Shown piece after piece: positions 28,601 to 43,237 of a stretch of DNA of 64,000 bases. Source of the DNA: Octopus bimaculoides (taxonomy: Eukaryota); the NCBI RefSeq assembly GCF_001194135.2, contig NC_068997.1, forward strand, positions 31,846,088 through 31,910,087. The letters are read 5' to 3'. How positions within the stretch are numbered: position 1 is the first letter of the stretch; each line of letters opens with the position of its first letter. Made by a program: the position numbers and the translations under genes. The notes below the pieces were generated by a model. It saw only the letters and a program-made list of their open reading frames with translations. It had not been told where the DNA came from and did no database searches.

Positions 28601-31600
28601 AGGGATGCAAATGTCCAGGGTTGCAATTGTCTGATATGCAGTTGTCCAAGATGTAAATGTGCAGTATGCAATTGTCTGTCCACTGGCACAACATTAAGTT
28701 GACAGCAGGTTATCTGTAAAACTTATTACTAGTTGAAATCATTTTGCTTAAGTCTTTAAATTCAGTCAGGAAGACAAAAGCTGCATGATTATAGAAGAAA
28801 TGATATATATTATAGGCATAGGCAATGTTGTGAGATTAAGAAGTCTGCTCCCTAAACAATGTTGTCCTGGGTTTAGTCTCACTGTGCAGTACCTTGGGTA
28901 AATATCTTCTACCATAGCTCCGAACCAACCGAAGCCATGTGAGTGAATTTGATAGTCAGAAACTGAAAGCCTGCTGAGTGTGTGTGTGTGTACATATGTA
29001 TGTATGTATGTATGTATGTATGTGTGTGTGGTGTGTGTGTGTGTGTGTGTATGTACATATGTACGTATGTACGTATGTATGTGCATGTGTAATTATGTGT
29101 ACCCTTGTCTTGACATCATGATCGTAAATGAGCATTGCTGTCATACAAGCAATGTTGTTCCATTTCAATCTTCTGCGAAAAACATGTCTAGATATAACCT
29201 TACCTCGAGAAAAGGTAAGGGTTGGTGACAGGAAGGGCATCCAGCATTAGAAAATCTGCTTCAGCAAATTCCATCTGACCCATGCAGACATGGAAAAGTG
29301 GATGTTAAACAGTGATGATATTCTTTCAGGCCAAACTAAAAAAAAAGGGTCTCTGCAGCTTTGTTAAGCTATACATAAAAATATTCAGGAACAAGAGTGT
29401 ATTGTTGTATTGTTTATTTTGCTTCAATCAGCTACGCTGTGGAGGTGAGTACAATCAGCCATTTTAATTCCCAGACTTCTTTCCTGCCTAACCAGGAGTC
29501 CCTTCTCCGTGGACCAGCTTGCTAGCTAGCCCGCAGTGAAGGTTCCTGTCTATAGTTTGTCTGTTATGAGTCCACAAGCAGTGCCTTACATCACCTCTGA
29601 AATATTAAGACTAACTGAATGTACCAACTCACTGTTGAGAAATGCGAAGAAAACTATTATTATTGCTACAGAATTAGTAACCTTATAAGGCGGCAAGCTG
29701 GCCGAAACATTAGCATGTTGGGCAAAATGCTGAGCAGTATTTCGTCTGTCTTTACATTCTAAGTTCAAATACTGCCAAGGTCGACTTCGCCTTTCATCCT
29801 TTTGGGGTTGATAAATTAAGTACCAGTTGTATACTGGAATCGATCTAATTGACTGGCCCCCTCCCCCAAAATTTCAGGCTTTGTGCCTAGAGTAGAAGGG
29901 AATTAGTAACCTTTTATAAATTGTTGACTTTCATAGCTGTTTCTTTTTATGAAATATTTGAATAGCAAATATCAACTGTTGATTCTCTATTTTGTACATT
30001 TTAACTATTTTGTATTAATAATTTAGATTCTCTTTAAAGAATATGAGGCGGTATCAAAAACTTCCTGGACTAGTTCTGTAGCACACCTACAGATGGCAGC
30101 ACATGGTTGCATGCACATTGAGAGTAAGCAGAGACCTTCATGAGGCAGTGTGCTGAGTGACATTGCTGTGTTTACTTTGCAAGTTGTGAAATTTCTGTTT
30201 TCATGATCACATGTCCACAATTTTTGTCATGGACAGGATGATGGAACAAAAAGCCAACATGAAATTTTGTGTTGAACTTAGGAAGTCTGCTACAGAGACA
30301 TTGAGCATGCTTCAGCAAGCTTACAGCAATGAGGCAATTGGTCATACACAATGTTTTGATTGCCATGAGTGCTTCAAAAGTAGAAGAACATCATTGGAAG
30401 ACAATGAGCGATCTGGAAGACCTGCCATGAGCATCACCATGACAATGCACCATCACCAAGCTCTCCTCACTCGTGAGTTTCTCACCAAAAACAACATGGT
30501 GTCACTTGTGCACCCACCCTGTTCACCAGATTTAGCACCTGCAGACTTCCATCTCTTCCCCAAGAGGAAAATGCAACTCAAGGGCTGCTGTTTTGACATT
30601 GTTGTTGAGATCAAGAGTGACTCACAGAAGGTCCTCGACTTGCTTATGGAAAACAACTTCCAGAACAGATTCCAAAAGTAGCAGAAACACTGGCACTAGT
30701 GTATTGCTACACAAGGTGACTGTTTCAAAGATGATGATGCTAAAACAAAGGTAAATAAGTTATTTTTTATTAGACATAACTAATCTTGGAACTTTTGATA
30801 ACTTTGTATGTACTAAAAGTAAGCATAAGAATAAATACTTAAGAAACAAACAGAAAGACAAAAGCGTACAGGTGTGGCAGTGCGGTAAGAAGTTTGCTTC
30901 ACAACCACATGATTCTGGGTTCAGTCCTATCGTGTGGCATCTTAGGCAAGTGTCTTTTACTTCTCATCATCATTTAATGTCTATGTTCCATACCTTCAAA
31001 TATGGTACATTTCTTGGTTAAGGATATTTATGTATTCCTATCAGCAATCAACTATTTACATAGCTAAAGTATTACCATTTCAAATTGCCCTATAAACAGC
31101 ACATCAAACAAACTTTGTACTACTTCTATCTTCTCAGTCAAAATATGTGATCCCAAGTTAACATTACTTTTGATAGCAGAAAACTAATAATCCTGCTCTC
31201 AACACTCCATAACGTACCACAAAAAATTATGAAATCAGGTTCTTCTGTTTCAATCAACTTAATTTTGTAATTACAAAACTACTGATAGCCTAAGATTTTT
31301 ACATTAATATTTTTTAATCATGCATTTTGCCTGAGTCTGTAGTTTTGGTTCACTTAATTTGATGAGTAATGATACTTCCTTAGGGATTGCTCAAATTCTC
31401 TTTCAAAGCACACTCTACTGTCTCAAAAAAGAGAAAGTACCACATCGGACAAGGTAGTCCTGGATTTACTAAAATACGGAATAGTCACAGCTAGAACAAA
31501 TTTGATCATAACACTACTGGAACAAAAGTGACTTGGGGTTTAAACAATAAAAACGATTAACAAGTGGTTTGTTGATGCAATACATACAGTGTGAGTTGAT

Positions 31601-34600
31601 GTGATATGATTTGATGTGATATAATTTGGAATCCTCATCCCACAACTCAGCTGAGTTTCACTCATCAGAATTATCAATGGAACACTAAAATGACTTACGT
31701 TGAGTGCGACCACATGAAGAACAAAGCTTTCATCAATGATTCAAAATATAATAGAATCTCTTCTGGTTTTGTGCATTTCTCAATTTTGTTACAGCATCTC
31801 CACAAAGATTCAAAGTATGGTATGACTGTTTCACATATTTCAATAACCTATTTAAAAAATTAATTAGAGTTTATTGGCCTTAATTTTAAACAATTCTGAG
31901 TTCAAATTCTGCTAAGGTCAACTTTGCCTTTCATCCATTCAGGGTTGATAAAATCCATATCAATTGAGCACTGGGGTCAATCTAATTGACCTATCCCTCC
32001 CCCCCCCAAAAAAAAATTGCTGGTCTTGTGCCAAAATTTGAAATCAACATTAAACATAAGCATTAACCGAATCAGTGACTTTATTTTGTCTAAATTTTGC
32101 ATTGTTTAAATTATTTAAACTTTTTAATTTTAAAATCATTAAGAGATGCAATGAAAAAGGTGTGCCATTACGACATAAAAAAAAGAAAAATCTAACATTT
32201 TGGGCTGTATCTTTTGTTAATCAGAGTTGTTTTTTTTTTGTGGTATTGAATAGGTAGACTGGGAGGAGAGAGAGACTAAGGAAGATTATTGAAATCGCCT
32301 TGTATCCTGCAAGACAGAAGGACATCCTTACTACTCTATATTATCTCCAGTCAGTAAGGACAACATGATTAATAAAGTAGATTGAAGAAAAGGTGATTGC
32401 CAAAGATGAATGAGGGTGAGATGTAGAAGAAGAAAGAGTATAAGGACAGCAAGAGAGTGACTGAGGTAAGAATGTGTGTGAAAAAGGATAGGGAGACACT
32501 TGAGGAGTAATAAGAGTAATAAAGAGATACAGTAAAACTAGCATGTAATAAGAGAGAGATAGTATGTAGTCAGAGATAAGAAATTTTTGAGATGGTAAGT
32601 AAAACCATTTGATAATCACAGGACCAACTCAGAGGGATGGGTTAGTGGAATTGTTGGAGTCTCTATTGGAGAAACTGTGCTGTATGCTGTGTGTTCAGAA
32701 TCCCATCTAAACCACCATTTTAGTGAAGTAACCTCGTGCAAATGGACTAATAAAACAACACCACCACCAAAAAGAAAGCAAAAAAAAAAAAAACCACACT
32801 CAAAAAGTCTATGTCCTTGTACAGATTCGAACCCCAACTGTAAAATTATCAGTTTATGGTCATGAGTATGCTACAACTGCTTCAAACAGACAACCTAAAA
32901 ATCAACCAATCAGCTTGAAGCTATGGCATGAACAACATCTCCAATGATCTGGAGATTTGTGCCCCTTTTCCCTAGTTAAGCAGTCTGGCGCCTAAATCAT
33001 GGCAGAGACCACTGCTAGCATTCAAGCAAGACAGATCACAGCTCTCACCCAAGTTTAACTATTTGCGGTAGATTTGTATCTTTGCTTTTCACTTTTCCTG
33101 ATAGCTAATGGCTAAGCCAACGCAGTAAAGCTATTCCTACTCACTATTCTGATAACTAATGATTCTGTGATAATTTATGTATGATACATGCATAAATTTT
33201 CTATCAATAAAATCTATTGTTGAACATTTGCAAGTTTGCTTTTGTTATACTTCATGCAGTCTGCTTGATCTTATATTCAATTAAAAAGGATCACAGCATT
33301 AATCCTTCCCACAACCAGCCACGCAATGATCTTCAGCAAATATAGATATAGCAGCTCATGACATCCTTATTGAGTAGGGACAACCTAAGGACAATAAAGT
33401 GCTCAGACAGATGATGGTGATGATGCTGTTGATGTTGATGTTCACAAGGAGAAGGAATGCACAAAAATTATTTTTAATACCAACAAGAAAATTAGCTAAT
33501 ATAATTAACAATTATTTTCTTTCTTATATCAATCAGCATAATTAAATGAAGATTACCATTAAATACTTAACAATTTATCCAAAATAACGAACAATTTCTT
33601 AATTCGAATTTCAGGTGAAATTTAAGTAAAGGTTCAACAAATTGCTCCATACATAGGTTTTACTTTATGTAGAATGCTAGAGCATTAAAGAAGAAGAAGA
33701 AGAAGAAGAGGGAGGAGGGGAAGAAGAGGGGGGAGGGGAAGAAGAGGAAGAGGTGGTGGTGCTCCTGCTGCTGCTGCACCATTTCTGCCAGAAATTTGGA
33801 AACAACATGCTGTACTGCTTGGCATTCACACCAGAAGCTCCAATATGAACATTTCAGAGTGTTTGGACGTCGATCTGAGGACAGTGCAGAGGATTTGGAA
33901 AGAGTTGGATGAGTCTAATAGTGATTACAAAAGTATAGCAGCTCGGAAAACTCACTCTGATCGTTCTAAGAAAAGAACTCCTGAATTTGTTGGTGACATC
34001 CAGACCATGATTGACAACGATCTCTCCAAGTCAACCAGGTCCATTGCCAGGGACGTCTGAGTTAGTTTTTTATCAGGCAGGTAGTGCATAAAGGCATTCA
34101 GTATTTTTCATACAAGATGGGAAAGGCCATTTTTCTTATCCCAAGCCATCACGGACAAGAGGAAAGACCATGCTACGAAGTTTTTGAACAGACTCAAGCA
34201 TTCCCTCTGTCTGAACATGCTTTGGATTTTCTCAGACAAGAACATTTTCTGCTAGGATCAAACGGTGAAGACACAGAAAAACCGTTTGCTTGCCATGTCC
34301 CCAAAACATGTACCAAGACTGATAAAATTCAAACATTCAGTCAACATGATGGTGTTTGGAGTGATCACTAGTGATGGCGATGTTATGCCTCCATTCATCT
34401 TCCCACACAGCCTCACACTCAACATGGAGGCCTATATATATATATAAAAATATATATATATAAAAATCAAAATAAGCAACACGGATTTTAAAGATGATTG
34501 CAGTACGCATGTTTTATGCTACTCCATTTATTTAAGTAACGCAAGCATTACATTAAATGCAATATGTAGAGCAATCTTCAGCTGCACGAAAATGCAGAAA

Positions 34601-35936
34601 ATTACAGTAGAATAGACATATTATAATTGTGGCAACATTTCAAATCCAAGTGGGAGGAAGAATAATGATACTACTAATAATTATATAAATAGAAGTGAAA
34701 ATAACAATGACAATAGAAATTATGAGGATAATAATATGCTTAGTCCTACCAACCATAATTTTAGCCAACAAATAGAATGCAGCAGTAATGATGTTGTGGT
34801 TTTAACTGAAGTTGATGATAGGCTCAACTCCAATGAAAANNNNNNNNNNNNNNNNNNNNNNNNNNNNNNNNNNNNNNNNNNNNNNNNNNNNNNNNNNNNN
34901 NNNNNNNNNNNNNNNNNNNNNNNNNNNNNNNNNNNNNNNNNNNNNNNNNNNNNNNNNNNNNNNNNNNNNNNNNNNNNNNNNNNNNNNNNNNNNNNNNNNN
35001 NNNNNNNNNNNNNNNNNNNNNNNNNNNNNNNNNNNNNNNNNNNNNNNNNNNNNNNNNNNNNNNNNNNNNNNNNNNNNNNNNNNNNNNNNNNNNNNNNNNN
35101 NNNNNNNNNNNNNNNNNNNNNNNNNNNNNNNNNNNNNNNNNNNNNNNNNNNNNNNNNNNNNNNNNNNNNNNNNNNNNNNNNNNNNNNNNNNNNNNNNNNN
35201 NNNNNNNNNNNNNNNNNNNNNNNNNNNNNNNNNNNNNNNNNNNNNNNNNNNNNNNNNNNNNNNNNNNNNNNNNNNNNNNNNNNNNNNNNNNNNNNNNNNN
35301 NNNNNNNNNNNNNNNNNNNNNNNNNNNNNNNNNNNNNNNNNNNNNNNNNNNNNNNNNNNNNNNNNNNNNNNNNNNNNNNNNNNNNNNNNNNNNNNNNNNN
35401 NNNNNNNNNNNNNNNNNNNNNNNNNNNNNNNNNNNNNNNNNNNNNNNNNNNNNNNNNNNNNNNTAATCCTAATCTAATCAACAATAGATTAGACCTTAGG
35501 GTATCGTGTGTACACTGCTCTACTCGCACTTTTAAATTTTTTAAAAAGTAGTTTATAAAGTAGTTAAAATTATCAAAATATAGTATTTTAACTTCTACCA
35601 TGGTCATCTAGGGCTATTAATTAGCACATATTTTAAATTGGAAATTGAACCTTTATAACATATATTCCTGATCTCTCACCTTAACATTTAATCTACTTGT
35701 GATAAATAAGATTTCAACTTTACTCCATAGAAGATTTTTTTCACACCACTTCTGCTAATGCTGTTAGTTCTCAATATGTATCTTAACCCTATATAGCTTA
35801 TAAGAATAGGAAATTTTGGTAAATATATCAGTTAAAATGAGATGACAGCATTGACTTCATTTTTGATTACTTTATACAACCATTTATTCACTGCACCCTA
35901 CCCATACTAGCATGGAAGACAGATGTTAAACGATGA

Positions 35937-35974
<38 letters not shown>

Positions 35975-37306
35975 CAAAATAAGCAAGTTTTACTTTATTT
36001 AATGCTTGACTTTAAAAGAATCATTATTATTACATTATTCCAGGGCTTGCAGCAATAGTGTCTTGTTTATTTTGTATTTTTAACTTAAATAAATCTAATC
36101 CTTATGCCCAAAATTAATCTAATCCTTATTCAATTAATATTCTTTAATTAGCCCATGTTAATCTTAAAACAAATTCATGACTAATGAAACTTTTAATCAA
36201 TCATCATGTTCCTGTATTGGATGTCCTTGTTAATTCATAATATCCTTTTTCTTTTTTTGTCCCTTNNNNNNNNNNNNNNNNNNNNNNNNNNNNNNNNNNN
36301 NNNNNNNNNNNNNNNNNNNNNNNNNNNNNNNNNNNNNNNNNNNNNNNNNNNNNNNNNNNNNNNNNNNNNNNNNNNNNNNNNNNNNNNNNNNNNNNNNNNN
36401 NNNNNNNNNNNNNNNNNNNNNNNNNNNNNNNNNNNNNNNNNNNNNNNNNNNNNNNNNNNNNNNNNNNNNNNNNNNNNNNNNNNNNNNNNNNNNNNNNNNN
36501 NNNNNNNNNNNNNNNNNNNNNNNNNNNNNNNNNNNNNNNNNNNNNNNNNNNNNNNNNNNNNNNNNNNNNNNNNNNNNNNNNNNNNNNNNNNNNNNNNNNN
36601 NNNNNNNNNNNNNNNNNNNNNNNNNNNNNNNNNNNNNNNNNNNNNNNNNNNNNNNNNNNNNNNNNNNNNNNNNNNNNNNNNNNNNNNNNNNNNNNNNNNN
36701 NNNNNNNNNNNNNNNNNNNNNNNNNNNNNNNNNNNNNNNNNNNNNNNNNNNNNNNNNNNNNNNNNNNNNNNNNNNNNNNNNNNNNNNNNNNNNNNNNNNN
36801 NNNNNNNNNNNNNNNNNNNNNNNNNNNNNNNNNNNTAACCATATCCTTTATAGCCATGTCCATGCATAATGCTTACACCTTCCCTTTCCTTAGAAGTGTA
36901 CTATTACTACTAGATAAGAGACAATAAAATCAGAGACAGTTAGAATTTCTGCCTAGAACCAATTACTAGCCTGATAGACTTGGCTATGTCAAGATGGATT
37001 TTTATGTATTCTTCCTCCCACTTGGATTTGAAATGTTGCCACAATTATAATATGTCTATTCTACTGTAACTTTCTGCATTTTCGTGCAGCTGAAGATTGC
37101 TCTACATATTGCATTTAATGTAATGCTCGCATTACTTAAATAAATGGAGTAGCATGAAACGTGCGTACTGCAATCATCTTTAAAATCAGTGTTGCTTACT
37201 TTGATCACCTCGTTTTTGGAATGGTTTTTGTGTAATACCATACCATATTATATTCTGGTGCCTAAACATAAGTACCATATTCAATTTTGAATCTAAATCT
37301 AAACCT

Positions 37307-37361
<55 letters not shown>

Positions 37362-37853
37362 CACAGGTGAGATCCAGAGATTCTCCATATATACAACACT
37401 TAGACTCTAATGTGTTTACAGAGGATCAATTCCACAAGATAAAGAATGGCTATAAGAGAGATCAAGTTGGGTGGGTATAGAGGCAATTATGCAGATAAAT
37501 AAATTAGACACATTAAATATATTAAATTGGGTATGAAATGCAAAATATGTACATGCATGCAAAACGAGAGAAAGCAGAAGGTGGAGACTTTCAGATGATG
37601 AATTTTTAAGTATAAATACATATGTATTTATATTAATAAGTCCAACTTCCAGTTTGTACTCTGCATAAGCTGGACCTATCAATATAAATATCTATATATT
37701 TATACTTAAAAATTCATCATCTGAAAGTCTCCACCTTTTGCTTTCTCTCATTTTGCATGTCTATGTAATATATACATATTTTGTATTATATTTTATATAT
37801 TTAATGTGTCTAATTTGTTTATCCACATAATTGCCCCTCTTTCTCTCTCATGT

Positions 37854-37937
<84 letters not shown>

Positions 37938-40900
37938 ATGCGTGTGTGTACAGAGCTAGAGAAAGAGAAACAGGGAGAAACAGACAACAAAAACAATAAG
38001 GTGTTTGAAGCTAAAATTAAGTCACATATTGAAATTAAAAGTTCCCTTCAGTGGAATCAAACCTACATCTAGGAGACAGCAATGTTTACACTTCTTAAAC
38101 AAACAACCGTGCTTGTGCTCATGGAATTCATTTTAAAGAGAAAATGACTCACTTGGACAGCTTGTTTTTGTATATAAATGATGGCAGCAACAAAAGGACT
38201 GTCTACTCTTTGAAGAGTTTCAATAATCTTCTGGTTAATTGGTAAATGGAGTTGAGTGAGAAATGAATGCAACTTTTTTAATTTCTCATTCCATATTTTC
38301 AATTGATCTTCGGGTGTAGGGCTGATGCCAAAATTAGTCAGCAAGTCTTTGTCAGGATCATGTAATAATATTGTCTAAAATAAAATGCAAAGAAATTAGT
38401 TAAATATTGTCACTGATACCTTTTTTTTTTTATGCTAGTCATTGCACTCTAGCCAAGCAACCTTAAAGAGAGCCAATCAATTATATTGACTCCTGTATTA
38501 CTTTCATAACCTTGGAGAAGGACAAAAGCAAAACTAAACAAGTATTGAGGGATGCAACTGAAACAGATGGAACTTATAGAAGAGGGAGCCCTAGGAAGAC
38601 ATGAGATGAAGTATTGAGGGCTGATCTCAAGACAGTGAGCCTTACAAAGGAGACGACTAAGGACTGAGATATCCGGCACATTGCTGTACTCAAGAAGACC
38701 CATCTACCACAGAACAATTGATGCCCATGCTGGTGCAACATAAAAAGCACTGGTGCTGGTACCACATAAAAAACACCCAATACACTCTGTGAAGTGATTG
38801 ACATTAGTTGTAGAAATCATGCCAGAACAGACAATGGAGCTTGCTGCAGCCCCTGGTTTTACCAGCTCCGGTCAAACCATCCAACCCATGCCAGCTTGGA
38901 AAATGGATATTAAATGATGATGATGATGATGATAAGGATGATGATGATGGTGATGATGATGATATTGATAACAGATAGAAATATCAAATTTTTACCAGGT
39001 GTAGCTGTGAGGCACAGACATGGCTGTGTGGGTAAGCACAGGGTTTCAGGTTCAATCTCACTGCAGGGCACCTTGGACAAATATCTGTCATTTTATTCAT
39101 GAAACAGAAGGTTGGAGGGAGAGAAAACTTAGCATTTCTGATTATGTAAATATAGTACAAAGGTCAGTAAACCTCTACTTTGAACATGCTGTAATAAAAC
39201 TAGGACTCATTTGTGTTACAAAAAAATAGTGAAAGCAATGCAGTATGAAAAGAAATGCAATTAGTTCTTTGATAGAAACACCAAAAATGTGAACTCATGA
39301 CTCTTCGTGGAGGAGGGCGATGATTCCAGGATTGAAATTTAAAGAGAGAAATGAAGAGTTTGATTGTGGCTGCTTAGGATCAAGTTGTTAATTCCTTTGG
39401 CTCTAAATGGAACATAGAACACCAAGAAATCGCCATCTGTCTCAATCTCTGGCAATGGATTGCAGTTGTCTCTAGGTGTAACTGCCTACCGATGTCTCAG
39501 TTTCCAGTTTCTGTGAATTTTCTCTGTGTATTTTGGACTATGGATTGTCTAACCCATGCCAGCATAAAAAAAAAGATGGTAAATGATGATGATGATGACG
39601 ATATTTATTCCACTTAAAAAAAAAAGGGTGCTGCTTATATAATCAACAAGTGAAAAATATCAATCGTATTGTAACAAGCTTCAAAATACTGGTTCAGAAA
39701 GAATACAAGACATGGCATGATAAGGCCTTTCTCAATTTACACTGGTCACTTTGTGAAAATGTGGATATTACACTTTAGACAAGTACACTCATGAACTGGA
39801 AAGAGATCTAAATTAACTTCAACCAAAGATTCTATGAGATCTTGACATCTGGACAGATAGAATAATTGAACACTGCAACCTAAATATCATTACACATGAC
39901 ATGGAAAAGGAAAATGCTTTATTATAGACATTGCAATTCCTTCCAACAAAACTAAAGTGACAAAGAAGTAGAAAAGACCTCAAAATATACTGAATTAAAA
40001 GAGAAATATCAAGAATGTGTTGATACCCAGCAGAAAAAAAGTGTAAGTTATACCAGTTATCATCAGAGCATTAGGTTCAATCCCCAAAACGCTATCATTT
40101 CATCAGTAATAGTTGGACATAAAGATCCGTCTTCTTCACATAACGGTTCTGCCTCTCCTCCTCTACAGTGCTGAGGCTTGGACCATTCTCAAACAGGACC
40201 TGAACAAGCTCGAGGTGTTTCAAATGCAGTGTCTTCATCAGATCTTGGTGCCAAATTACACAACCGAATCTCAATCAACATCTGAAAATAATGCCAGCAG
40301 CAGTCGACCATTAAAGACCAAGTCCAGCAGTATAAGCGTCAGTGGTTTGGCCACATCTACAGGATGAGTGCTGGAAGATTACCAAACCAACTTCTGTGGC
40401 AGCAGTGACTAATGCACTGGAGAATCTAACACAGTGCACCAAAGAAGTCATGAGTGAAATAAATTGAGGAAGACCTAAACTCAGTGCCTCGACCTTGAGC
40501 ATGCTAAGGCCAGTGCCATGATTCAGAAAGCATAGAATAAAATCATCACCAGAGTCCATCATCCAGTGGCACCCACAGCTCTTTATTGGTTGAGAGGACA
40601 GCCTCCCTGTCTGGTCAGTAATTAGGAATCTTACTACGTACTAATAGTTGGATGTAAAGATAGACATGCAAGCACTCCATTGGTCTGTCTTCCTTGGAAC
40701 AGCTCATAGTCTTAGAAAGATACTTTCCGTCCAAATCCTTTTGTTAATAGTTGACAGGAATAAAAGAAAAATGGCAGAAACCAATTCCTTGACCTTGGAA
40801 CCACTCCCTTTTTTCACTCATCCTTCATTCTCAATATCCTCCATTCCTACTTTATTTTGCACTGACCACTACTTTCCCCTGGGTTACATCTTATGACTGC

Positions 40901-41786
40901 TATATCTCACCCTTAACACTTTCTCATATCTTCTGTCATTTTCAAGATTCTCTCATATCTGCCATCAACAGCTCCCACCCCCACCTTTGTCTCTCTCCCT
41001 ATAAACTTCACATCATCTCCCTATGGGTTTTTTTTCTATACTGCTGCTCTCTATCCCTACCCCAACCCATTTTTTTTGCACTACCATCTACCACCTCTTC
41101 CTACTTGACCTATTTCAGTTTCCTTCACCTTCCTACCTCCACTCCACTTCCAAATTGACATTCACCATTGACCACATCTTCACCCTTGTTTCCTACTCAC
41201 TGCTGTCTCCATCTCTAATTATCTGTTACTCACCTTTAACACTTGTAAATTTATCCACTCACCCATTTTGATCCCCTGTTCCTATTCTCTCTCTTACATT
41301 CACTTCCTTGTAGTTGAGGGTACATTATCACCACTACCACCACCACCACCACCACCATCTTACTTCCTTTCCAGATGAGGTAGCTGTATCTCTTCTACAG
41401 CACGATACCTGTTTCTGTCCTTCTGTCATTTCAACACCTGACAGAAAGCCACCTCCCTCAATACTACTCCCCCACTCATCAAAGGGGTCTCTCTTGCAAG
41501 TTACTTGGTGACCCCACTAGTGCTGGTGCCACAAAAACAGCACTCAAAACACTCTGTAAAGTGGTTGATGTTAAGAAGGATATCTAGCTATAGAAGCAAT
41601 CATTGTAGCTTGACACAGTTCTCTGGCTCATCAGATCTTGTTAAACCATCCAACCCATGTCAGCTTGGAAAACAGATGTCAAATGATGGATGTTAATGAC
41701 AACTGTATAATTAAGTAATGATAGTGATAATATGATAATGCAAAAATAATAATGCTAATAACAACAATATAAAGAGCAATGATGAC

Positions 41787-41833
<47 letters not shown>

Positions 41834-42071
41834 TGATACTAATAGTAATTGGTGCACTTGGAAGTATCAGTGCTCAGCTACCAACATGGCTGAAAAAGAT
41901 CAGTGCCAGTATGAAGGTAGAACAGCAACAAAAATCAGCACTGCTTGGAACTGCAATAATTCTTCGCAGGGTTCTTGAAGCATGACCAGTAAACAAATGT
42001 CACCTTAGTCTGCTGGCTGTGGACGGCTGACACTTTCCATCATACCCAGCAAAATAAGCTGGTAGTTTTTC

Positions 42072-42127
<56 letters not shown>

Positions 42128-42972
42128 GCCCTGATGCAGTACCAGGCAGTGGCTCTCATGGCTTCTCATCTTAACTGATTGGAAGCATTATCATGTACAT
42201 TGTTTTGTCTTGGTGTAAAAAATGAACTACAGCGAATATTCTGTTCAATACCACGGATTTGCTTGTCAGTTGCTTGACCCTTAGTGGCTGATGATATGTG
42301 CATCTTTAAAGTAGTTGGGGAGCATCATAGCTATGTGCTGAGAGGAATTCTTTGGGGTTTGGATAATTCACCTTTGGAAACGGGGATACTTTGTTCATCA
42401 TCCTTAAACAACCCTTATTCAGGGATCTACTCAACCTAAAGAAAATTCTAACTGGGTCCCACCTGCAAGGTCACACTCTGTTTGTCTTGATATGTGATCA
42501 CTATGTCACTCACATATGGCTGTGATGCCTATGCTTTGTGTACCCTTATCAGACAGAGTGATGATGGGTATACTGGGTTTTGTATAGTTTACCCCAGTGA
42601 CACTTTGATGGCATGCACTGCTCTCTCACTCATTAATAATAATAATAATAAAAAAGAAAGGCAAAAAAATAGACATAACAAACCTCTTAAGTACAAAATA
42701 ACCCAAATATGGAAAATGAAGGTGTAGGCAGTGCCAATTATTGTCGGTTCTTTAAAAACAGTATCAGAAGACATCAAGAGGAATATAAAGGAAATCGAAA
42801 TAGAGTGCCCAATAGAGCTGTTGTAAAAGGTTTGCCTTTTTGACACAACCAGAATAATCAAGAAAGTATCAGATAGTTAAAAAGAACAGAGAGCATGGTA
42901 CCACAAGTTGCCAGTAGAAAGCCTACTATGCATGCAAGACTCCAGGAGTTCCAACAAAACCTGATTTAAAAG

Positions 42973-43010
<38 letters not shown>

Positions 43011-43177
43011 CTTTCTAATTTTGGCACAAAACTAGCAAAGTACTTATTTTATCAACTCTAAAAAAATGAAAGGCGATGTTAATCTCAACAGAATTTGAAC
43101 ACAACATAAAATCAGGAAAAAATAAATGTTGCCAAGTATTTTGTCTGGCATATTAATTACTCTGTTCAGTTGCCACC

Positions 43178-43237
<60 letters not shown>

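Noticed and set aside
32290-32620. Purine-rich tract (and the pyrimidine-rich 40780-41330) giving hydrophobic ORFs
   Set aside because: Low-complexity strand-asymmetric repeats with no splice or domain support.
34720-36867. Long ORFs of 210-295 aa in the ORF track (also 47325-47850)
   Set aside because: They consist of translated N-gaps.
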